A DNA stretch of 45,653 nucleotides from Peribolospora baueri. Taxonomy: Eukaryota. The notes below the pieces were generated by a model. It was not told where the DNA came from. It did no database searches and saw only the letters and a list, made by a program, of their open reading frames with translations. The DNA is taken from assembly GCA_029717555.1 (NCBI GenBank), contig JAMDHS010000009.1, forward strand, positions 310,001 to 355,653, given 5' to 3'. The position numbers and the translations under genes were made by a program. Numbering within the stretch: the stretch's first letter is position 1; every line of letters begins with the position of its first letter. This document shows positions 37,337 to 45,653 of the stretch, piece by piece.

Positions 37337-40200
37337 TCAGAGCAGCCGGACGATAGCCTGGTTTCCCTCTTCGTAGAAGGTTTCGTTGCAGTCCAGTTCG
37401 CTTGAGCCGCTTTCGTAGACGAGGCAAGCGAAGTCGACACTCTGCAGGGGCCGATAGGCACAGCAAGACGTCAGGCAGATCGTCAGTCCTAATCAGAACA
37501 AGGGCTATACTTGACGAACGGCTTAGGGAAACAGTGTCTACCTCGTTGACGGCAAGCATCGGGTGATCTATTCCGACGCCATATGACCAAAACCAGTAGA
37601 GGATTCAGATTACTGCACAATGTAGCAGATCTCAGGCTTCTGGTAAGCCTAAACTTACGCCAAATCCCGGGGGCATAATTGATACCTTGAGCCGTCGAGG
37701 CTACAAAGGCTCGCAACGTAGATAGATCGGGTTCATCATCTGGGAATTGGGAATAGTGTTCGTGAAAAGAAGACACTGTGAGCACGTCTTCGATGTTCAG
37801 TTCACATGGGCCGCGTTAAACGGGGAAAGCTCACCAGGTCCGTTCAGAGCAACAATGACCAAGTACCTCCCCACGCTCCCGTCTCGTCCCAACGGCATGA
37901 ACGCTTGGCTGCTGTGCTTGTGTCTCTCAAGTACTCTGACCCTGAGCTCGGCTTGCCCGACGTGGACGAGCGGGCTGCACTTGTATACGCAGAAGTTGCT
38001 TGCACCTTCAGCACTCTCGGGATATGTGTTAATAACACTGGCAAGGTGGTGAAACTTTTGGGCGCTGCCTTGGTTGCATTCAGTGATCTTGGTGCCTTTG
38101 GGAGCGGAATCGAGATCGGCGTAAGATTGGAGCACTTGGCCGTACGGGGCGAAGGCCTCAGGGGTGAGGGGTAGAGCTGGAACGACGGGGCCTGAGTAGG
38201 GGACAGAGGGCAAGGGAGGATCGGGGAGAGGCTTTGCAGATGGCCCTTGCGTGCCTGCAACTGAGCCAGTCGACGGCACGTCCATAGTCTCCGGAAGAGC
38301 ACGGCGTCCGACGATGCGGAGTCGCTTCACACCCCCGTCTAGATCGAGGAGAATAGCAAGAATGGACCCATTGAGCGACCCTAAGGTCTTACCGTTCCGT
38401 ACTTGGAATCTAGGAGCGCTCACCGGGCCATATGGTCATTTTGACGTGAGTGTAGGCGGTGCCATGGACGTTTTCTAGCTGGAAGAAGTGTTGCCTGTGG
38501 GGGCCAAGTTTGGTGCGGGGGAGGATTTGTGTCCACGTCGCCGTTTCTGGTGGCACGTCCTAAGGGAAGGGCATTCCGCACCGCCATGAGGACGCCGCAG
38601 TTGACAACGGACTTCGATATACACTTGGTGTTACAGCTAGCTTTCTCACCTCTTCGCTTTCGGCCGCATGTAGTTCGACAGTGTCCGGGAAGTTACCTTT
38701 GAAGTGAGCTGTATCAATCCTTCCGGTAGGGAGGATTAGGATACCGAGCCGTGCGTCAGCAGCGGAGGTCATCAGACGCTCGGGGTGTCCAGCGCACTTA
38801 CTCAGCATATTCCAGAAGGCCCGCATGACCACTTGGCGGGAAGATAAAGAGTCATGCAAGGTCATATCAGGCTCTAGTCAAGGGGGGTTGGAACGTGTCC
38901 AGGAGATAAAAAAAATTCGCACGCACAGGTTGATGATCACCCAATCCCTGTGCCCTGGCTGCCGACTACGTCTTGTCTCCCAGCCATCGCCCATGTCCTT
39001 GCCGCGACCAGGTAGAATGAGGTTGCTACCAACGCCGAAATGCTGGTCGCTAGTGAATGTCACTCGTCCGCCAGAGAATACGTGGGCGAGGTCGAAGGAC
39101 GTTGAAGGCGAAGGGAAGAGAGGAGAGACAACGCCGTAGACACGGAAGCGAGCCTGAAGGAGTCAGGCAATGAGGAGGAGGTCCTGAGCGAGTCGTGCCA
39201 GCGCCAGTGAACCTGATGCTGATGACAGGACAGCTCACTATGCCACCATCGGGGTACATAGACAACTTGATGTGCGTGTACGTTTGCTCAGTCTTCGGGA
39301 TGGTGAAGAGGTGGCGAGAAGACGGGCCTAAAGGGACACGTGGCAGAAGTTGTTCCCACTACAAGCACCATCCAGTCAAGTAAAGATGAAGATGAAATCG
39401 AGCGGGGATGTAAGGATTAGCCTAGGCGGGAGACCCCAAACCGGCACTCACCTGCTCGTCCGACTCTGCCGGACTCGCGCCCTTGCTGTCGTCAAAAAGC
39501 GCGTGCACGCTCGCTTCTGGTGCCTCATTGCCGTTGAAATTGGCCGTGTCGATGTCGAAACCAACGAGGAAGGCGGACGGCGCTCCGAGGCGGAGAATAG
39601 CCCTGCATCATCAGGCAAGGTAAAGGTAAATAATGAGCGGGTGTCGGACTGGGACATTGGCAGGCTGGGACAGCGAGCCGAGGGTTAATATTGCTCACCA
39701 GTCATGCGTCGGATTGTGCCTCCTCGACTCCCAGCCGTCGAAGAGAGCGCCCTTGGGCCCAAACTGGCCCTTCAAACTGGGCGCAGGCTGCCAGAGGGAA
39801 CGGGAAAAGGAAGGAAGTAAGCAACAATTGGAGGTTCCAACATGAGGAATAATGGGGAGAAGATAAATGTAAATGCTCACGCCGACTTTGAGAAGGTTGG
39901 AGGCCTCGGCGAAAAACTCATCGGACACATCGAGGATACGGCCTCCGAGGGCGCTCGAAGAAACCTCTGTTGGGGACATGCGAATGGACGGCTCAGTGGT
40001 CATGACGTGTAAGTGGCCCATCAACATACTTGCCTTCCCCTGCCCAAACTCTCCTCTCCTCTCCGGTGGAAGGGATGAGCATGGATTGACAACGCTGATA
40101 GTTGTCGGCGATGTCGCGTGACCTGGCCCTCACCCACGTAGTTCCCCCCGAAGACTTGCTCGAAGTCGGAAGTCGGCACAGCGGCGTACGAGGCGACCAT
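37337..40200 (-). CDS. DAL2: Allantoicase fused to ureidoglycolate lyase (DAL2-DAL3 fusion)
   Basis: Two allantoicase repeats ([58 protein letters not shown]). These continue within one exon into [41 protein letters not shown]. Confidence 0.92.
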
Positions 40201-40630
40201 TGCGGTCGTCGGCAACACTAAGGCGGTGGAAAGGCAAAAGATGGAGTAAAGGGAAGAGAAGGGTGCGAGATGCGATGCGTTTCGAGAGGAGAGGCAGCGA
40301 TAGATAAGCCAAGGCTCAACCGCCGGCGTCTCGGGACAGCCGAGCCTGGGCGCCCGCCGTCCCTCGCCGCAGTCAGGGTCGGCATATCGGCCTATCGGCG
40401 CTTCGGTCATCTTCGGCCCGCTGCCCCGCTTCTTGCACGGTACAATCGTACGGACGTCCGAAACTAAAGCCTATCTTCCCCACTATCTTTACCCTCTCCC
40501 CTCTTCTCCACCTCTTCCGCAACCGACGCCGTCCTTCTTCGTCCGTTTCTTTGCTCTCTCTTCTCATCACCCTCCTCCACGCTAACCGAAGTCCCCTATA
40601 TCCTTGTCATCGCCTCTCCTCCTATCGTCC
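40201..40630. promoter_or_regulatory. Bidirectional promoter between allantoicase and the GGT-family gene, with GATA cores and TCGG half-sites
   Basis: Divergent ATGs at 40200 and 40631. Eight GATA/TATC cores; TCGG at 40379, 40387, 40395, 40403 and 40413. Confidence 0.55.
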
Positions 40631-43600
40631 ATGACTTCCCCGAACCTCTCCCGCGCCCCATTCGACTGGTCCAAGGTCTTCCCTTCGGCAGCCGATTCGA
40701 CTTTCGCTCGCTTCGCCAGCCGTAGGTCCGTTGTCTACGGTACCAAGGGCGTCGTTGCTTGCTCTCAGCCCCTGGCCGCTCAGGCTGGCCTTGAAGTGTT
40801 GGGAAAGGGAGGAAATGCCGGTGAGCGCTTGTGTTGCGCTAGTGTCAGTGCGGAGCGCATGGGCATGGAGAAGGACGACTGACCACTCACATTATCTGAT
40901 CTTTGTCTTTCTCCTTTGCTCGTCACTCGCCCTGCAGCTGATGCAGCCGTGGCTGTGGCCGCAGCCTTGAACGTGACCGAGCCGTCCTGCACTGGCATCG
41001 GTGGGGACATGTTCTGTCTTTTCTACGACGCCTCAACCCGTCGCGTACGTGCGCTCAACGGCTCTGGAAGGGCTCCTCGCACGCTCTCCCTTGCAAAGGC
41101 TAGAGATCTGGGCATCAATGGCAGGGAAATTCCGCTCACTAACATCAATAGCGTCACCGTCCCTGGAGCCGCTGCGGGATGGTGTGATACGGTCGAGTGG
41201 TTGGGGAGTGGCAAGGTCGGCATGCAGGAAGTGCTGGCACCAGCGATTCGTTTGGCTGAGGAAGGGTGATTGTCAGAGTTCCTTGTTGTCTCTGCATTTA
41301 TTTCTTGAACGACCTGGACAAGTTATGCTCAGTTCTTACTTGTTCACCTCTTCCCTTTGGCTTCCTCTATGAAGGTATCCTTGCCATGAGGTAAATTCCT
41401 TCGCAGTGAGTACAACTTTTGTCTTTGTGTAGAGGAAACTTTTTATGGGGCATCCAGTTCTAACGTCCTCTACCTCATACTTTTTCCCCGTCCTCCAGTG
41501 GCAGCGCAGCGAAAACCTCATCCGCGAGGCCTCTCCCGATGGAACGGCCATGCTCCCAGTCAATGGCAGGGCGCCAAGGCCGGGGGAGCTTGTTCGTCTT
41601 CCGGACCTGGCCAAGACTTTTCGCGAGCTGGTTGCCAAGGGAAAGAAAGGATTTTATGAGGGCCGAGTTGCGGAGGCCATTGTTGAACGTGAGTCAGGAG
41701 GAATCATCTGGGATACTTTGGCGAAGTGCTTGTTGGTTTTTTTTAGGACGCACGTCGTATTGCCATCCTGACGTTTTCTTGTCGACAATCTTAAGTTATC
41801 AAATCCAAAGGTGGAGTTATGGAGCTTTCGGATCTCGCTGAACACACTACCGAGGAGGTCGAACCCATTAGCTACATCTACGGACACGTACCTGACAAGG
41901 AGCCTGGTGTTACCGTTTACGAGTGTCCTCCGAATGTAAGTCGTTCTTCGCTTTGGTAGTATCAGTTTGGCATTGTAGTTGTGTCCTTTCGCACTTCTTG
42001 TCTGACACTCCCAGTCCAATTGTTTTCTACTTCCATGCTCACCTCCGGCTCGGTTGAAACTGCATTGCCGTTATCGCGTTTCTCGACTCGAACTAATCCT
42101 GTAATCACATGACAGGGGCAAGGTCTCACTGCGCTCGTTGCGCTCGGCATCCTGGACGAGCTCCAGAATGAAGGACGCATTCCCGACCTCTCCACCATCG
42201 ACCACAACTCGACTGCGTACTTGCACGCCCTCATTGAGACTCTTCGGTGAGCCGAGTTGAAACGGCTGTTTTGTGGTTGCTCAGCTCTGTTCAGAAAATT
42301 CCTCCCTAACCTGCCCACCCTCGGACGGCGCTTGTGTCTTCTTGTCTTCGCCCTTCTATTGCAGTCTCGCCTTCGCAGACACACGCTATTATGTTGCAGA
42401 CCCCAATGTGGTGCACGTTCCGGTCAAAGAGCTGCTCTCGAAGGAGTACCTCAAGAAGAGGGCTGCTTTGTTCGATCCCAAGAAGGCCACTGCGGATGTC
42501 AAGAAGGTGCGGACACGGTCTCTTCCCCTTTGCAACTTTTTAGTGTGGAAGAGGGGGTTGTAAGACAGGATCGCTCACCTCTCGTTATTTTTTGACGATC
42601 GCCCCGCTCTCGGTCGCTTTCAATAATGTTTGTGGTCACCTTGCACAGGGCTCGCCTGTCAATACGTCTAACACCGTCTACTTCTCTGTCACCGACAAGT
42701 ACGGAAATGCTTGCTCTTTCATCAACTCCAATTGTGAGTGCACGTTGCCTGCTGTCGTATCGGAGGCGACAGTCCCAAATCCAACCCGGTGCACGTCGTG
42801 GATCTTCCTTATATTCTAACTTCTTCTTGTTCTCCCTTTTTACCCGTTGAGACGCCGGTTTTGGCACGGCTGCGATCCCTCGCTCTTGCGGCTTTACGCT
42901 TCAGAACCGAGGGTCTTGCTTCACGCTTGAAGAGGGCCATCCCAACTGCCTTGAGGGTGGCAAGAGGCCATATCATACCATCATACCCGCCATGGTTACG
43001 AAGGGCGATGAGCTCTATCTGAGTTATGGCGTCATGGGAGGTGGGTTTCTGGTCAAGGTTCTGCATAGCTGGCTGGATGCGCTGACTCCTTCTCTCGCAC
43101 GCACCCCGATTCGTGTGTGTCATTTGCGCCGACATCTTCTCACCTCCCATCATTGCAGGCTTCATGCAACCCCAAGGGCACGTTCAAGTCCTCATCAATC
43201 TCCTTCACAAGGGCTGTACTGTTCAAGAGGCCTTGGATGCACCGAGATTCTGCATTAGTGCCGGGTTAGTGACGCATCTTACGGCCCGTCTTCTTGTTTC
43301 TCTTGCCCTGTCCGCCTTTGTTGTGTTGTTTTCCCCTCTGCGCGCTGCGCTTGGCTCTGACCTACGGATGCGAAGCCTGTTTGCCAAGTCGCCGGGGTTT
43401 TTTGGCCTCCTTGCCGAGGCTTACCCCCCTGGCACCATTATCCTTATCTCGTCATCCAACTGGGCCCTAACTAATCTGCAGTTTTATCTCTCCGGCGCCG
43501 GTTTGATATACAGCCTTCCAGATGCAAACGATAAGAGCACAAGTACTGCTGGAGATATCAACAGCGAACTGATGCTGGAAGAGGGCATCGCGCCTGATGT

Positions 43601-43775
43601 CGTCGAGGAGCTAGCCAAGATGGGACACCAAGTCAAGCTTGTCAAGGGACATGGAAGGGGTGTCTTCGGGAGGGGTCAGATGATCATGAACATTGCTGAT
43701 AAGGCTACCGGAAAAAGGGTGTGGGCGGCCGGAAGCGATCAGAGGATTGACGGGCACGCTGTAGCGGAGATTTGA
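40631..43775 (+). CDS. Gamma-glutamyltranspeptidase-family Ntn hydrolase, soluble YwrD/HpxW-like subtype
   Basis: [40 protein letters not shown], nucleophile [25 protein letters not shown] and [12 protein letters not shown]. No N-terminal TM anchor. Confidence 0.92.
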
Positions 43776-43851
43776 GCAGCGGGCAGCCATGGCGCCGACA
43801 GTGAAGGGGATTGTGCAGTAGAGGCAGTGGACAAACAAAAGTGGAAATGGA

Positions 43852-44254
43852 TGTAACGCCATACCAAGCGGCACGGAGGTGGAAGTCTGCTCCGTTCTCC
43901 TCGTCGCTCGAGTGAGAACGAGTGACTGTACATGGCCATGTCGTCGCCCGTCCCGAGTGTGTGCCGTGCCTTCTTTTTGTCTTCCTGTCATGAACGCCGC
44001 CTCCGATCCGAGATGACACGACTGCCTTGCGCCGATGCATGTATATATAGGGGGCCCGACAGGGCCTCCACCTCTCCTTTCCCCAAGCTAGAGATACTTT
44101 TGTCACCACTCAGGTTCTTGAGTCTTGTCCTGCCTCTCTGCTTCCTTGCTGCCTTTCCTCCTCCTGTCTCGGTTCGGTGTCGACTCCTGGTGCAACCCCT
44201 TCTGTTCCTCCTGCCTTGCCACCCGACGACCTGAGTAGGGAGCAATCCCTGACA
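43852..44254 (+). mobile_element. 5' LTR of a Ty3/gypsy retrotransposon (left edge uncertain: TGTAACG at 43852 or TGTCA at 43986)
   Basis: Ends ..TGACA at 44254; TATATATA at 44042-44049; directly followed by a PBS and a gag ORF. Confidence 0.7.
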
Positions 44255-44255
44255 T

Positions 44256-44267
44256 TATCTCTAGCTT
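44256..44267 (+). other. Self-priming primer-binding site (Tf1-type)
   Basis: TATCTCTAGCTT is the exact reverse complement of AAGCTAGAGATA at 44085-44096, which lies about 36 nt downstream of the LTR TATA box. Confidence 0.85.
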
Positions 44268-44297
44268 CTTAGTACCCCGAGTCGACTCTCCAGCGCC

Positions 44298-44950
44298 ATG
44301 GACAACCAAGAAGACATCATCAACCAACTCAAGCGGGAAATCAGCGAGTTACGGGCCGCCCAGCAAGACATGCCCAGAGACTTCAGTCCCAGCATACCCA
44401 AGCCACCCGCCAAGAGCCTCGGCGACCTCATGGGCCCTCCCCCCGAGTTCGATGGCAAGGACCGTGACTCCTGCCGCACTTTCCTCTCCCAAGTCAACCT
44501 CTTTATGGCCGCCAACCCCGAGCTCTTCAACAACGACCATGCCAAAGTGATGTACACCATTTCACGCCTCCGTGGTCGAGCCTACCAATGGGTCGAGCCC
44601 CATCTCCTTAGAAGCGACAACCCCACCCTTTCCAGCTATCAAACCTTCACTGAGGAGCTGATCAAGAATCTCGGCGATCCGAACCGCGAGTACACTGCTA
44701 TCCGGCAGTTAAAGGCACTCCGACAGACAGGCTCAGTCTCCAGCTATGCCACCCGGTTCCTCCAGCTCGCCTCCTTCATTGACTGAAATGATAGCGCCCT
44801 CCGGTACCAATTCTACGACAATCTTAAGCCTGAAACCCAGGACTCTCTGGCCTTGTCCGCGGAAAAGCCAAAGGACCTCCAAGAGCTCATTGACGTGGCA
44901 ACCAGGCTCGACAACAGGAATCACGACCTCGACCAGAGAAGGAACCCAAA
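44298..44950 (+). pseudogene. gag: Ty3/gypsy gag, with an in-frame stop and 3' truncation
   Basis: PPEFDG..FLSQV..KVMYTISRLRGRAYQW..LRQTGSVSSYATRF. TGA at 44784-44786 sits where Trp is usual, then NDSALRYQFYDNLKPE..LQELIDVATRLDNR continues in frame until telomeric sequence. Confidence 0.88.
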
Positions 44951-44963
44951 GGTTAGGGTTAGG
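44951..44963 (+). repeat. Interstitial telomeric seed GGTTAGGGTTAGG
   Basis: Two telomeric units, same orientation as the terminal array, at the point where gag-like sequence ends. Confidence 0.85.
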
Positions 44964-45558
44964 TTTTAAGAGTGTTATTCTACTGTTCCCACTTAAGAGT
45001 TGCGTGTGTTAACTACAGGACGAGAGGGGATTAAGCGAGAAGAGTTGGGCGAGAGAGCTAGAAGGAGTGGGTGAGAGAGGGGGAGGGAGTGGGTCGAGAG
45101 AGCGAGATGGACGGGGCGAGAGAGAGTGAGGGAGAGTGGAGCGATGGTTATGTTGGCAGGGTCTGGGTATGTGGGAGTGATGTGAAGGGAGATATTCCGT
45201 CTGGCACGGGCGAAATCCTTGGAAGGTCTGGCAGGCCCAGTTGTGCGCCAATCATGTTGAGTAGGTGAAGGCCTATCGGTCGATATTTGGTGCGGTTGAG
45301 GAGGAAATCGAGCATTGTGTATCCCTTGCGGCCGTTTATTGCTCGATTGAAATCTCGTTGCAGTTGCGCGTTGTGGCGTTGACTGTGATCATTCGTCGTT
45401 TGTATGATCATGTCCTGGAAGCATGTGTCGACATGGGTTCGGCGGAATGTTGCGCCGCAGCAACATGTTTTACCCAAGCCGAAGGTCCCCTTGCGCCATC
45501 GGAGTGCCAGCTGACGTTGCTGTCGATCCTTGATGAGCAAGCACCTGTCGGAGTCCTC
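44964..45558 (-). mobile_element. 5'-truncated retroelement-like fragment (C-terminal Cys/His domain + 3' UTR) between telomeric repeats
   Basis: Frame is open from the telomere junction (EDSDRCLLIKDRQQRQLALRWRKG..CCCGATFRRTHVDTC..YTMLDFLLN) to a stop at 45148. It is followed by a CT-rich UTR ending TAAAA-CCTAACCCTAACC. No RT domain is retained. Confidence 0.65.
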
Positions 45559-45653
45559 GGGTTAGGGTTAGGGTTAGGGTTAGGGTTAGGGTTAGGGTTA
45601 GGGTTAGGGTTAGGGTTAGGGTTAGGGTTAGGGTTAGGGTTAGGGTTAGGGTT
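45559..45653 (+). repeat. Telomere (TTAGGG)n
   Basis: About 16 perfect units running to the window end, with the G-rich strand pointing outward. Confidence 0.99.

Noticed and set aside
1..45653. CRISPR arrays or prokaryotic operon/defence systems
   Set aside because: The DNA is eukaryotic with spliceosomal introns, and there is no repeat-spacer structure.

Overview
Intron-rich, GC-rich fungal DNA (basidiomycete-like GT..AG introns with CTRAC branch points; the species cannot be named from sequence alone), running to a right chromosome end capped by (TTAGGG)n. I spliced 16 protein-coding genes by hand: NiCoT nickel permease, STIMATE/YPL162C-like membrane protein, F-box protein, alpha/beta hydrolase, nitrilase, a 34-aa metallothionein the ORF track cannot show, CAF16, PTS2 thiolase, DAP1, AMS1, a Rieske/AIF-like flavoprotein, TspO, RMD1, gephyrin, an allantoicase-ureidoglycolate lyase fusion and a GGT-family Ntn hydrolase. 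There is also an intron-containing tRNA-Val(CAC). The last 1.8 kb is layered: a self-priming Ty3/gypsy LTR with a broken gag, a short TTAGGG seed, a 5'-truncated retroelement-like fragment pointing away from the end, then the telomere. Main points of interest: (1) this candidate telomere-attaching retroelement on a healed chromosome break; (2) a gephyrin / allantoicase-lyase / YwrD-HpxW-type hydrolase trio that may be a purine-catabolism cluster; (3) a 2-nt microexon needed in the nickel permease; (4) the hidden metallothionein. Family calls come from remembered motifs, not database searches.
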